Both the position numbers and the translations under genes were made by a program. The notes beneath the pieces were generated by a model. That model saw only the letters and a program-made list of their open reading frames with translations, had not been told where the DNA came from and searched no databases. DNA of 63,128 nt from a virus. Taxonomy: Duplodnaviria; Caudoviricetes. The stretch is from the IMG/VR virus record IMGVR_UViG_3300025266_000001, positions 1 to 63,128 of that record; one strand, 5' to 3'. Below, piece by piece: positions 45,345-55,508 of the stretch (within the stretch, counting starts at the first letter, position 1; each line of letters opens with the position of its first letter).

Positions 45345-46925
45345 ATGTCAGAACTAGGATACTCTCCAAAGAACTTATTGTTCGATGACACGGGCAGAAA
45401 AAAACTAATTAAAGGGATTACTACAATTGCTTCAGCAGTTAAGTCGACACTTGGACCTTCGGGTCAGACAGTGCTGATTGAATCGCCTCACCACACACAC
45501 GGAATAACTGTCACCAAGGATGGAGTAACTGTCGCTAAGGCGGTAGACTTATTAGATCCTGTCGAGAACCTTGCGGTTCGTATGATGAAGGAGGCAGCCG
45601 ATAGGACGGCAACGGAAGCGGGTGATGGTACGACAACGGCTATTGTCTTAACTGAAGCACTTGTTAGTTCTGGGTTTGATTTACTTAATCAAGATGGCAT
45701 CAACAAGACTGAGGTATTGCGTGAGCTTGTATCTCTAACCAATGATGTTTGTAAGAACTTAAAGAAGAAATCTAAGCGGGTTACTCAAAAAAGGTTAAGG
45801 GATGTGGCTACTATATCGGCTAACAACGACAAGAACTTAGGAAAGATTATATCTGATGTCTATTCAAAGGTTGGCAAGACGGGTATCGTTACTGTTGATA
45901 AGTCACAGACGAGCACCACTCATTATGAGACAACAAATGGGCTGAAGGTAGACAGGGGTTATTCGAGTGATCTGTTTATAAATGATCACCGGAAGGACGA
46001 GTGTATTTTAGAAGACACATATGTACTTGTGAGTGACGCTGAGATAAATAACTTACTTACTATTGAGAGCATACTAAAACCAATTATACAAGACGGCAAG
46101 AGATTGTTGATCATCGCGCCTTGTTCTCAGAATGTGCTAAACACTTTATCGGCAAATGTAATGAAGGGCGGGTTGAAAATATGTGCTATCACGCCACCGA
46201 ACTTTGGGTACAAGCAACACGAGCTAATGAATGACATTGCGCTTACTGTTGGGGCTACATATTTTTCTGAGAAGACTGGTGATGACTTAAGTATTATAAC
46301 TGTTGCTGATTTGGGGAGTGCCTCGAAGGTAATTGTATCTAGGGACTCTACTATTATTGTAAAGGATACCATAGAGGATGAGCCTGCGGTAACTGAGAGG
46401 GTTGAGCAATTGTGGGCAGCCCACAAGATGGCGAGCAACAAAACAGATAGAGACTTCATACTATCACGGATAGCTTCCCTTACGGGAGGTGTTGGTGTGA
46501 TATATGTTGGAGGAGCCACTGACCTAGAGCAGAAGGAGCTTTATGATCGTGTGGATGATGCGGTGTGTGCTGTTCGTTCGGCACTTGAAGATGGTATTCT
46601 TCCGGGTGGAGGGATAGCACTTCTAAATGAGTCAATAAACCTACCATCTAGTGCCGCGGGACATATTTTAGGTGCAGCACTTAGGGCTCCATTTAATCAG
46701 ATTTGCGAGAACGCCGGTGCTAATCTTATAACACCACCACTTAAAGCATATGATGAGGGATGGGACATAAAAAACAATTCTGAGTATGGCAATATGTACA
46801 GGATGGGGATCATTGATCCTTTGAAGGTAACTAAGTCGGCGCTGCAGAGCGCGGTATCGGTTGCTGTAACAATATTATCTACCAATGCTATTATCACAAT
46901 GGCACGGACATATGAGACAAATTAA
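45345..46925 (+). CDS. groEL: Chaperonin GroEL-like
   Basis: VKSTLGPSG, TVTKDGVTVAK, AGDGTTTA, ATISANND, GILPGGG, GIIDPLKVT; ATG at 45345 lies downstream of the promoter motif. Confidence 0.95.
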   Translation: MSELGYSPKNLLFDDTGRKKLIKGITTIASAVKSTLGPSGQTVLIESPHHTHGITVTKDGVTVAKAVDLLDPVENLAVRMMKEAADRTATEAGDGTTTAIVLTEALVSSGFDLLNQDGINKTEVLRELVSLTNDVCKNLKKKSKRVTQKRLRDVATISANNDKNLGKIISDVYSKVGKTGIVTVDKSQTSTTHYETTNGLKVDRGYSSDLFINDHRKDECILEDTYVLVSDAEINNLLTIESILKPIIQDGKRLLIIAPCSQNVLNTLSANVMKGGLKICAITPPNFGYKQHELMNDIALTVGATYFSEKTGDDLSIITVADLGSASKVIVSRDSTIIVKDTIEDEPAVTERVEQLWAAHKMASNKTDRDFILSRIASLTGGVGVIYVGGATDLEQKELYDRVDDAVCAVRSALEDGILPGGGIALLNESINLPSSAAGHILGAALRAPFNQICENAGANLITPPLKAYDEGWDIKNNSEYGNMYRMGIIDPLKVTKSALQSAVSVAVTILSTNAIITMARTYETN

Positions 46926-47003
46926 AAGAAACTATGCTTGTATTTGAGTATCACCCAATATTGGGACTGCAATATTATTTTCAACCAATAAAAAAAAATA
47001 AAA

Positions 47004-47261
47004 ATGAGACCAATAGGAAAATATATATTAATTAAGACAATACCAGAGGAGGTTAGGGCTGAGTCTGGTTTAATTCTGTCTGCTGAAGATGTATCTAAGC
47101 TTCGTTACAAAAAAGGTTCTGTTGTGGAGCCGGGTGGCGATGTTTATTTACTAACGTCAGGCGATAGTATTTATTACGATACTAGTGCTGGATATACGAT
47201 GGTTATAAATGGCGAGACCTACACGATCATTAGGGAGTCTGATGTCGTTGTTGTCTTATAA
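47004..47261 (+). CDS. groES: Co-chaperonin GroES-like
   Basis: MRPIGKYILIK...SGLIL...G.VV..G...IIRESDVV. Confidence 0.88.
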   Translation: MRPIGKYILIKTIPEEVRAESGLILSAEDVSKLRYKKGSVVEPGGDVYLLTSGDSIYYDTSAGYTMVINGETYTIIRESDVVVVL

Positions 47262-47703
47262 AGACATTCATTTTTTTTATCATATCGCGATATAGTCTAT
47301 CGGTGTAGCTAATATTAGCTAAGAATAACGGGTTGGTGCTTCTGTTTTCAGGGAATTCCTCCCCGTTTAGTTTTTTATACATTGATCCGATCATACGTCT
47401 TCCTTTGTATGATATTTCGTACAATGTTGCTTCCTTGCCCTTTCTTTTCCGGAAGACAACTATCCATCCGTCTCTCATAAGGTTGCTAAATCTTTTTGTA
47501 CTCCAAGACAGTAGCTCATCGAACTCATAAAATTTTGACTTGTTAAAATACTTTTCTGAATAAAGGAACAGAAGGACATCTAGATCTCCTGTTTTTAGGT
47601 TGTACTTTGCCTTCATAAAATATCGGATGACTCTCCAATACTTTAAATAATCTTGTGGCGGTTTAAAGTTATATTCCATTTGAATTGTTATTAAAATTTT
47701 CAT
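47230..47703 (-). CDS. Winged-helix-like hypothetical protein (antisense to the operon)
   Basis: DYLKYWRVIR...LDVLLFLYSE...GWIVVFR...LYEISYKG. Confidence 0.6.
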   Translation of the reverse strand: MKILITIQMEYNFKPPQDYLKYWRVIRYFMKAKYNLKTGDLDVLLFLYSEKYFNKSKFYEFDELLSWSTKRFSNLMRDGWIVVFRKRKGKEATLYEISYKGRRMIGSMYKKLNGEEFPENRSTNPLFLANISYTDRLYRDMIKKMNVFIRQQRHQTP

Positions 47704-47734
47704 TAAATTTGCATATACAAATATAGTAAAAATT

Positions 47735-47983
47735 ATGGGTTGCGAAGGAAAAACAGGACAGGCATTAAAGGATTGCGAGAAAAAGTCTAAGGTTTATAAG
47801 GCGAGTGAAGGCACTGTTGCTGATTTGAACGCGGCTAATTTTAAGAACAAGGACGTTATGAAGTGGTCTACCCCTAAGAAAAGGGTTGCTAAGAGCGGTG
47901 GTTCGGATCCTATAAGAGGATTGGGACAGTTAGGTCAAACCACAAGGATAGCTAGGCAAGGTACAAAAAGAAATAAAAAATGA
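47735..47983 (+). CDS. Small basic protein
   Basis: Follows TAAATTTG at 47704. Confidence 0.6.
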   Translation: MGCEGKTGQALKDCEKKSKVYKASEGTVADLNAANFKNKDVMKWSTPKKRVAKSGGSDPIRGLGQLGQTTRIARQGTKRNKK

Positions 47984-48045
47984 GTAAAATAGGCAGGTAC
48001 GAGATAAGCATTCAGTACATTAAAAACATATAAATAAAAACCACT

Positions 48046-48198
48046 ATGAAAAATCAGGGTTACAATTCAAGGTTGGATGAGCACTTAGGGGCTAAGAACG
48101 GAAAGAACAGTATGAGCAAGGTTGCTCGCAGAGCTATGTCAAAGGGGATGTCAAAGAAGATGACCGGTCACGCATACTCAACGGTAGATAAAAAATGA
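48046..48198 (+). CDS. 50-aa basic protein
   Basis: Hand-translated MKNQGYNSRLDEHLG... Confidence 0.55.
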   Translation: MKNQGYNSRLDEHLGAKNGKNSMSKVARRAMSKGMSKKMTGHAYSTVDKK

Positions 48199-48320
48199 GA
48201 AAGTTCAGAAAATACTTAGTGATACTTAAGGGGTCTTGGAACTCAATGCTATATTGGTTGATGTTTAAAAATTATAAATGTTGTGGCATCGAAGGGTGTG
48301 ACTGTAAAATAAAATAAAAA

Positions 48321-48476
48321 ATGGAATCAAAAGGACTTGGTGATACTATCGAAAAGATAACCACTGCCACAGGTATTAAGAAAGTTGTTGATACAGTATC
48401 AAAAGTTTTAAATAAACCTTGCGGATGTCAGGATAAAAAGAATAAATGGAACGAGGCTTTTCCTTATAAAAAATAA
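48321..48476 (+). CDS. 51-aa phage protein (GLGDTIEK...CGC family)
   Basis: Hand-translated MESKGLGDTIEKITTATGIKKVV...PCGCQDKK. Confidence 0.7.
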   Translation: MESKGLGDTIEKITTATGIKKVVDTVSKVLNKPCGCQDKKNKWNEAFPYKK

Positions 48477-48479
48477 AAA

Positions 48480-48659
48480 ATGAATATGTCTGATATAAAA
48501 TTGTATGCAATAAACCTCGTTACTCTAGCTATGTCATTTTCTCAGCTAGATATGATTCTTAAAATTACACTACTAGCCGCATCAATCGGATACACAATAC
48601 AGCGTTGGTATTTACTAGACAAAGAAAGAAGAGATAAAAAAAATGAGAAAGATAAATAA
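48480..48659 (+). CDS. Small membrane protein, holin-like
   Basis: Two hydrophobic segments and a charged tail; overlaps the endolysin start. Confidence 0.5.
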   Translation: MNMSDIKLYAINLVTLAMSFSQLDMILKITLLAASIGYTIQRWYLLDKERRDKKNEKDK

Positions 48660-49074
48660 AATTATAGTTCATTGCTCTGCAACTAGGGAGGGTCAGCATA
48701 TTGATGTTGATACTATCCGGGGATGGCACGTAAATGAGAGAGGGTGGTCTGACATTGGCTATCATTATGTTATTTACTTAGATGGGAGTATTCACACAGG
48801 TAGAGATATCAGAAGATCAGGAGCTCACACAAAGGGTCACAACAAAAACAGCATTGGTGTGTGCTATATTGGTGGTGTAGAGGCTGATGGAAAGACTCCA
48901 AAGGACACTAGAACTGATGCTCAGAAAGAAGGATTAACAACGCTACTAACAGAATTAAAAACGATTAATTATTGTGAGGCTATTATCCACGGACACCGTG
49001 ATTTTTCAAGCAAGGCTTGTCCTAGTTTTGATGCTACGAAAGAGTACGAGTCTATAAGCAACTACTATGAGTGA
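48643..49074 (+). CDS. Endolysin, N-acetylmuramoyl-L-alanine amidase (T7 lysozyme-like)
   Basis: IIVHCSAT, GWSDIGYHY, GAHTKGHN, SIGVCYIGG, HGHRDF..KACPSFD. Confidence 0.95.
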   Translation: MRKINKIIVHCSATREGQHIDVDTIRGWHVNERGWSDIGYHYVIYLDGSIHTGRDIRRSGAHTKGHNKNSIGVCYIGGVEADGKTPKDTRTDAQKEGLTTLLTELKTINYCEAIIHGHRDFSSKACPSFDATKEYESISNYYE

Positions 49075-49549
49075 TAATAAGAACACAATAAAAAATGGTG
49101 GCGAAGGAACCTTTGTAGGAAAGATCCTCAGAGGCATAGCCGGCGTGTCTCCTGACATTTTAAATATACTTGGCACCGTAACGGGTGTGGACGGATTAAA
49201 CCGCTTAGGAGACGCTATACGAGGCAGTGATGACATCCCACAAAACGATAAAGATTTATTGTTAGCAGAACTTGATAAAGATGTTGAGGTTGCTAAGGAA
49301 ATTACCAAGCGTGAGGTTGAGATCACCAAGCGATGGGAGTCTGATATGAAGTTTGGAAGTACGCTGGCTCGAAACATAAGACCATTGGTGGTTGCTAATT
49401 TTACTTTGTTAATTGATTTTCTACTTATATCTTCTCAGTATGGCAGACCACTTGGTGAAGCCTACTTACCTTTAGTTATGACATTAGGAATTACTGTCAT
49501 TGGCGGATACTTTACACTAAGGGAATATGGCAAGACAAAAATAAAATAG
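49067..49549 (+). CDS. Holin-like membrane protein
   Basis: RWESDM...LARNIRPL...GGYF..R..GK with C-terminal TM helices. Confidence 0.65.
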   Translation: MSDNKNTIKNGGEGTFVGKILRGIAGVSPDILNILGTVTGVDGLNRLGDAIRGSDDIPQNDKDLLLAELDKDVEVAKEITKREVEITKRWESDMKFGSTLARNIRPLVVANFTLLIDFLLISSQYGRPLGEAYLPLVMTLGITVIGGYFTLREYGKTKIK

Positions 49550-49592
49550 CTTTATTTTAATTATGTATCTTTGTGGGGATAAAATCTTTTAG

Positions 49593-50312
49593 ATGGCAAG
49601 AATAGCGACATACGCTCTAGATACAGATATAATAGGCACTGACAAATGGATTGGCACCTCGGTAAACTCCGCAAATGCCACAAAAAACTTTACCATAGAT
49701 GCGGTTGCTGAGTTCTTAAATGTATCTGGGATTATAGAGTCTCAGGCATTAAGATATAGATATCAAGATAGAATTGGTAACGAGGTAAGAAACAGGGGCA
49801 CGATCTCTTTTTTAACAACAGCGGGAGCGGCAGTTTCATTTTCTTCGATATCATCTTGGATGTTAAGCACATATGCCTTAACAAATAAAGAGGTACATAC
49901 GTTTTACACGACACCGCTAATAGGATCAACTGTTCTTGTGACCAATGCTGAGAACCCAAGCAACTGGGCAATTTATTTATGGGACAGTTCGGCTCAGGTT
50001 GTATTGGAGCCTTTGTTCTATGATATTGGATTAACATACATATCAGGATCGGGGAACTTAGTGGCTGGTGATGATTATCTTATTTCTTTATTGGGGTATG
50101 ATTATTCTGGTGGAAACGACAAGAACTTTGTTTTTACACAAGCCGTGGCTTCGGACACTTGGATCGTGCCTCATAACCTAGGTAAGTATTGTGCGGTATC
50201 GGTAATAGACACAGCGGGAAGTGTTGCATATGGCAATGTTAAATACGACAGTTTAAATCAGGTAACAATAACATTTAGCGCGCCATTCTCAGGGAAGGTG
50301 TACTGTAATTAG
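49593..50312 (+). CDS. Virion/tail structural protein
   Basis: C-term FTQ..ASDTWIVPHNLGK...FSAPFSGKVYCN. Confidence 0.6.
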   Translation: MARIATYALDTDIIGTDKWIGTSVNSANATKNFTIDAVAEFLNVSGIIESQALRYRYQDRIGNEVRNRGTISFLTTAGAAVSFSSISSWMLSTYALTNKEVHTFYTTPLIGSTVLVTNAENPSNWAIYLWDSSAQVVLEPLFYDIGLTYISGSGNLVAGDDYLISLLGYDYSGGNDKNFVFTQAVASDTWIVPHNLGKYCAVSVIDTAGSVAYGNVKYDSLNQVTITFSAPFSGKVYCN

Positions 50313-50345
50313 ATATAATATTAACATAAACAAAAACAAACAATT

Positions 50346-52043
50346 ATGGCAGTTCTAATTTTAGACAATCTTGAGTTGGGAGAAAATCAATTATTGAATG
50401 CCTCTCTTCAACAAGTATCTTCAGATCCAGCAGGATTTGAAGCACAAATAATTTACAACACAACAAGCAATACCTTTAAGTACTACAACGGAAGCGTGTG
50501 GGTTTCATTAGATGGCAGCGGTGATATTAGTGCGGTTATAGCCGGTAACGGGCTAACAGGTGGTGGCACTTCAGGGTCAGTAACATTAACGGTAGGATCA
50601 GGGGATGGTATTACTGTAGCGGCATCTTCTGTAGGTGTAGATTCAACGGTAGTAAGAACAACTGGAGCACAAACAATTGGTGGTCTAAAGACATTTAGCT
50701 CTATACCTATTGTTGGAACAGCACTGACGGCAGACAACTCTACACAAGCAGCGTCAACAGCTTGGGTAAATCTTCAGGGATATTCAACTACGGTAGGGGT
50801 GGTTACCTCTGTATCGGGATCATCAGGTGCTGATGTTGGAATAAACATAACAGGAACTGCTGCGGTGCCAATTGTGAATGCAACATTAAATACAACGGCG
50901 GTAATAGCGGGTTCATATACCTATTCATCAATAACTGTAGATGCACAGGGTAGATTAACTTCTGCGTCGAGTGGTGCCGCTCCGGGAACAATGAACTCCT
51001 TTAGAATGCAAGGGGATACAGGAACGATTGAGTCAATCACAGACAACCAAATTCTTAGTATTGTGGGTGGCACAGGTGTAGACACCATATCTTCTTCGGC
51101 AGATACCTTAACCATAGCTCTTAATCTTGATGAACTTCCAACAGTAACATTATACAACGGCTCCACTGAGTATATACCAATGGTTACTGCGGCTAATGTA
51201 TCGAGTAAAATACTAGGAAACAACATATCATTATCCCAGTTAGGCGCTCCAACGGCAAGTTTGGATATTGGTTCAAACAAATTAATTAATGTCCTTACCC
51301 CAACGCTGGCGCAAGACGCAGCAAACAAGGCTTATGTAGATGCGAGTGTGTCAGGATCGGGAGCTTTGATCTATCAAGGCGGATATGATGCCGCGACAAA
51401 CACTCCAAATCTGGATGCGACTCCGGTAATAACAATCAATAAAGGTTTTACATACACGGTAACTGTGGCGGGATTGTTCTTTACGGAGCAGGTTGAGGTT
51501 GGTGATTTAATTATTGCAGAGATAAACACGCCTACAGTGCTTACGGATTGGACAACTGTTCAGAACAACGTAGATATTGCATCATCAACTACTGTTGGTA
51601 TTGCTTCCTTTCCTGTGGCGGGAGGTCTTAGCATCACATCATTAGGAGCTGTAAGTATGCCTGATTTGGGAACGGCAAGTGCGGTTGGGTCGGCAAGTCA
51701 ATCATTAACTATCACAACGGATGCAAAAGGAAGGATTAGTGCTAAGTCAGCACAAACCATTGCAATTACAGCTTCTCAGGTAACTGACTTCTGTACGGCG
51801 GTTAGTTCTTGTGTAGCAACAGACACCGCATATGCGGCTAACATTGGAGATGGTGCTGCTACATCGATAGCCGTGACACACGGTTTAGGAACGGCTGACG
51901 TAGCTGTTGAGCTTTATAATATCGCAAGTGGACAGACGGTATATGCTACGGTGGTTAGAACATCAATAAATGTTGTAACTATATCAACATCGGTTGCAAT
52001 AGCATTGAATGCTGTTAGAGTTTTAGTTAAAAAAATAGGATAA
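50346..52043 (+). CDS. Tail fibre-like protein
   Basis: Gly/Thr/Ser-rich; ITVDAQGRLTSAS, DAANKAYVD, YQGGYDA.TN.P motifs. Confidence 0.75.
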   Translation: MAVLILDNLELGENQLLNASLQQVSSDPAGFEAQIIYNTTSNTFKYYNGSVWVSLDGSGDISAVIAGNGLTGGGTSGSVTLTVGSGDGITVAASSVGVDSTVVRTTGAQTIGGLKTFSSIPIVGTALTADNSTQAASTAWVNLQGYSTTVGVVTSVSGSSGADVGINITGTAAVPIVNATLNTTAVIAGSYTYSSITVDAQGRLTSASSGAAPGTMNSFRMQGDTGTIESITDNQILSIVGGTGVDTISSSADTLTIALNLDELPTVTLYNGSTEYIPMVTAANVSSKILGNNISLSQLGAPTASLDIGSNKLINVLTPTLAQDAANKAYVDASVSGSGALIYQGGYDAATNTPNLDATPVITINKGFTYTVTVAGLFFTEQVEVGDLIIAEINTPTVLTDWTTVQNNVDIASSTTVGIASFPVAGGLSITSLGAVSMPDLGTASAVGSASQSLTITTDAKGRISAKSAQTIAITASQVTDFCTAVSSCVATDTAYAANIGDGAATSIAVTHGLGTADVAVELYNIASGQTVYATVVRTSINVVTISTSVAIALNAVRVLVKKIG

Positions 52044-52044
52044 T

Positions 52045-53190
52045 ATGGCAGTTGAATTTATAGGAGGTTTAAATGTAGATGGAAATGTTGGAATTGGAAC
52101 AGAAACGCCATTGTCGGCGTTGGACGTTGTAAGCACGACGGGTATTAGACTTGCACATTCTTCGTCACCTTCGGGGTATTTTATAGAAATTAAAAGTAAT
52201 TACAGTTCGACATTTCCATTTAATATCGGAGTTAATAATTACGGTAAACCGATAGGGGTTCAGAAAAATTTAGGTTCATCTAGCGCAGTTACTTATGTAG
52301 GTGGTTTTTATGGTTTAGCTTTAACGGCAGGAAATAATGGAGATCCTATTTCAAGTGATGTAAAGGTCTTTATAGAGCCGTCAGGTAATGTAGGAATTGG
52401 AACAACAGGACCAGCTGTTGAGTTAGACGTTGTGGGTGATGGACAGTTCCAAGGTGTTACTCCTAGAATAGTGCTAAAAGAAACCGGAACATCTAATGAT
52501 TTCTCAATCAAAGTGCAGACTGATGGTAGGTTAAGTTTCTTAAATGATAATTTAGCTTCTGAAGTTGTGACATTTTTGCAGTCAGGTAAAGCTGGGATCG
52601 GGACTACGAGTCCTACCTATCTTCTTGACGTAGAAAGTATATCTACAGGTACCATAACTTTAGCTCAGTTCAAAACAAACGAAAGCGTATACAACGGTGT
52701 ATTGGTAGCGGCTAATGCTAGTAGCGGATGGATCGGAAATGGAGTTATGGGATCCGACGAAGGTATAAAGTTTGAAGACACAACTAGATCGGTACAGATA
52801 TATGCAAATGGAGCTGAAAGAATGCGTATCGATCCCTCTGGAAATGTAGGAATTGGTATAACTCCTACCACATATAAGTTTGATGTCAGTGGTAACGGCA
52901 GGCTTTCTAGCACAGTAACAGCAACCAACTTTATATTGTCTTCAGATAAAAGATTCAAAGAAAATATATATGATATCTCACCAAAGGAAATAGCTGTCAA
53001 ATGGAAATCCTTTAATATAAAAGATTCAGACGAGGGTTACAGAGTAGGTGTTATTGCTCAAGAGCTAGAAATTAAACATCCGGAATTTGTACAAACAGAT
53101 GAAGAAGGATTCAAGTCTGTTAAGTACATTGACCTACTAATATCTAAGATATCAGAACTAGAAAATAGGATTAAACAACTAGAAAGGTAA
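52045..53190 (+). CDS. Tail fibre with C-terminal intramolecular chaperone (peptidase S74)
   Basis: Repeated GNVGIGT; SSDKRFKENI, GVIAQEL, terminal coiled coil. Confidence 0.85.
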   Translation: MAVEFIGGLNVDGNVGIGTETPLSALDVVSTTGIRLAHSSSPSGYFIEIKSNYSSTFPFNIGVNNYGKPIGVQKNLGSSSAVTYVGGFYGLALTAGNNGDPISSDVKVFIEPSGNVGIGTTGPAVELDVVGDGQFQGVTPRIVLKETGTSNDFSIKVQTDGRLSFLNDNLASEVVTFLQSGKAGIGTTSPTYLLDVESISTGTITLAQFKTNESVYNGVLVAANASSGWIGNGVMGSDEGIKFEDTTRSVQIYANGAERMRIDPSGNVGIGITPTTYKFDVSGNGRLSSTVTATNFILSSDKRFKENIYDISPKEIAVKWKSFNIKDSDEGYRVGVIAQELEIKHPEFVQTDEEGFKSVKYIDLLISKISELENRIKQLER

Positions 53191-53594
53191 TGGCAATCCC
53201 AGATACAACTACTTTTTCACTTAGCGATGTGGTAACCGAGATTATCCCAACAACTAATGATTTAGTTGATTGTTTTGCAGATGCAGTAGCAGGTAAGTTT
53301 GATGCAACCTACTCTGGAGATCAAAACCAGTTACTTAACTTTAGAAATTATGGTGCCGTAACCACCACGGCTTTCTCTAGTTCTATAAATGAAAGATCTG
53401 TTTGTAGTGCAACGATAGATCAAACATATTATCACTCAGGCACAGGGTCCTTACCTGTGGTAGGGGATACGGTGTGGACAGACCAAGGAACAACCCCTTT
53501 AGGGCTTGGTAACAGAAGAAAATCAGGAACAACAACATATAATATAACCAGTTCCACTACAGGGTTAGTAGATAGTGTAGGTACGTGTGATTAA
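53190..53594 (+). CDS. Tail fibre-associated protein
   Basis: Coupled to the fibre gene; Thr-rich. Confidence 0.55.
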   Translation: MAIPDTTTFSLSDVVTEIIPTTNDLVDCFADAVAGKFDATYSGDQNQLLNFRNYGAVTTTAFSSSINERSVCSATIDQTYYHSGTGSLPVVGDTVWTDQGTTPLGLGNRRKSGTTTYNITSSTTGLVDSVGTCD

Positions 53595-53659
53595 TAAATT
53601 AATAAATAAATATATTTTTCATATCTTTGTAAAAATTATAAATCATAAATTAAATTAAA

Positions 53660-53911
53660 ATGAAAAAATTAACAGAAAAGGAACTAACAACAATTCAAGG
53701 ATTGGTAAACGAATTTAACCAAACAAAAGTTCAGCTTGGCGATTCAGTAATCTCTCAAGCTAATCTTATCAAGAAGGTAGAAGATCTTAAAGTCTCTTAT
53801 GCAAAATCAGAGAAATCTTTGATTAAAAAATATGGCAAGGACGCTGTAATAAATATTGAAACAGGAGAGGTTAAGGATCCTGAAGAAACACAACTAGAAA
53901 CGGCAAAATAA
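53660..53911 (+). CDS. Small coiled-coil protein
   Basis: L.KKYG...INIETGE; promoter motif at 53622. Confidence 0.7.
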   Translation: MKKLTEKELTTIQGLVNEFNQTKVQLGDSVISQANLIKKVEDLKVSYAKSEKSLIKKYGKDAVINIETGEVKDPEETQLETAK

Positions 53912-53912
53912 T

Positions 53913-55262
53913 ATGGCAAGAATTAGTACATATCCAATGGACGCAATCCCTACGGTTGCAGACTACGTAATAGGAACAGATGCGGATGATTTGGATATTA
54001 CTAAAAACTATCTTATTGGAGATATAATTGGGTTAGGTGGCGGAGGTACCGTAACCTCAATCACTCCGGCTGCTTCTACAGGAGTGGGAACGGCAATAAC
54101 TACGATTGGTATCATTACATTTACAGGGGCTGGAGGAATTACAACCTCTATTAACGCTGCCAATGAAATAACTATTACAGGCTCAGGCGGAAGTGGTGTT
54201 TGGACAACTAATGGTTCTGACATATACAACAATAACGCCGGTAATGTAGGCATTGGATCCGCATCGGTACCATCTGCCCCCTTAGAGGTAACGGGAAGAA
54301 TATCTCAAATAGGATTAAATAACAGTACATTTATTGGTTTTGAGTCGGGAGCAAACGACACTGGAGGGTACAACACAGCAGTGGGCTATCAAGCCTTAAA
54401 GGCAAATATAGGAGGGAGTTCTAATGTGGCTATAGGCTACAACTCTTTGTTGTTAAACACCTCTGGAGGAAATAATTCTTCTATAGGATATAACTCCCTG
54501 CAAAACAATACAATAGGAAGTAATAACCTAGCCATAGGAACACAGAGCTTACAGGCAAACATATCAGGAAGCCAAAATGTTGCTATTGGATCAGGGTCTT
54601 TAGGAGTTAATACAATAGGCGGAGGAAACACTGCTTCCGGAACTCAAGCTCTTAGTCAGAACTTGTCGGGAAATAACAACTCCGCAGTAGGATTTGCTTC
54701 TTTAATTAGCAACACTATAGCAGATAACAACTCTGCGGTAGGGTATTCTTCTTTGCAGAGCAACACCTCAGGAGCTAATAACTCCGTGATAGGATCTTAT
54801 GCATTGTCTAGTAGCACCACGGGGTCAAGTAATATTGCGGTGGGTAGCGATGCCGGAAGGTATGAAAAAGTATCTGGTGCTGCGGTAAACACATTATCAA
54901 CGCAAAGTGTGTTTTTAGGGGCGGATACATTATCTAACACTAGCGGAGAAACAAACCAAATAGTAATAGGTTACGGAGCTATTGCGGGCGGTAGTAATAC
55001 AGTTTCTATAGGAAACTCTAATATCGTATCAACATTCTTAAAGGGGGATGTTTCCACTATAGGAAACATATCCGGAAAGATTGTTAAAACCCTTGGATAT
55101 ACTTATGCTGATTTATTGGTTGCTGTTCCAGTACCTGCAGCCGGAATGAGGTCATACATAACAGATGCTCCGGTAGTTTTAGCTTGGAGAGACGTTGCCT
55201 CCGGTGGCAGTACGGTTGTGGCGGCGGTATTTTATGACGGAACAAATTGGATATATAGTTAA
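53913..55262 (+). CDS. Tail spike/fibre with 14-aa NxAxG beta-helix repeats
   Basis: About 12 repeats of the form N(T/S)A(V/I)GyxsLxxNt. Confidence 0.75.
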   Translation: MARISTYPMDAIPTVADYVIGTDADDLDITKNYLIGDIIGLGGGGTVTSITPAASTGVGTAITTIGIITFTGAGGITTSINAANEITITGSGGSGVWTTNGSDIYNNNAGNVGIGSASVPSAPLEVTGRISQIGLNNSTFIGFESGANDTGGYNTAVGYQALKANIGGSSNVAIGYNSLLLNTSGGNNSSIGYNSLQNNTIGSNNLAIGTQSLQANISGSQNVAIGSGSLGVNTIGGGNTASGTQALSQNLSGNNNSAVGFASLISNTIADNNSAVGYSSLQSNTSGANNSVIGSYALSSSTTGSSNIAVGSDAGRYEKVSGAAVNTLSTQSVFLGADTLSNTSGETNQIVIGYGAIAGGSNTVSIGNSNIVSTFLKGDVSTIGNISGKIVKTLGYTYADLLVAVPVPAAGMRSYITDAPVVLAWRDVASGGSTVVAAVFYDGTNWIYS

Positions 55263-55280
55263 TAGTAAATTTAATAAAAA

Positions 55281-55508
55281 ATGGATATACGCAAGATATC
55301 GGTAGGTCCTGATTACAAGTCAGGGGCGATGCATTACATTTCAGGTCAGACAGTCCTTAACGGAAACTACAAGATTCATCTTATAAAGTTTGACACCTCT
55401 AGAAGCTCTATAGTAATCTGGATCCAAAATCAAAAGGAAGAAGTAGTATTATGGAAAGAGTTTACTAGTACAATGCCAATATCTATTGAGTATAATATAA
55501 ACTTCTAA
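55281..55508 (+). CDS. Hypothetical protein
   Basis: IRKISVGPDYK..AMHY...MPISIEYNI. Confidence 0.75.
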   Translation: MDIRKISVGPDYKSGAMHYISGQTVLNGNYKIHLIKFDTSRSSIVIWIQNQKEEVVLWKEFTSTMPISIEYNINF

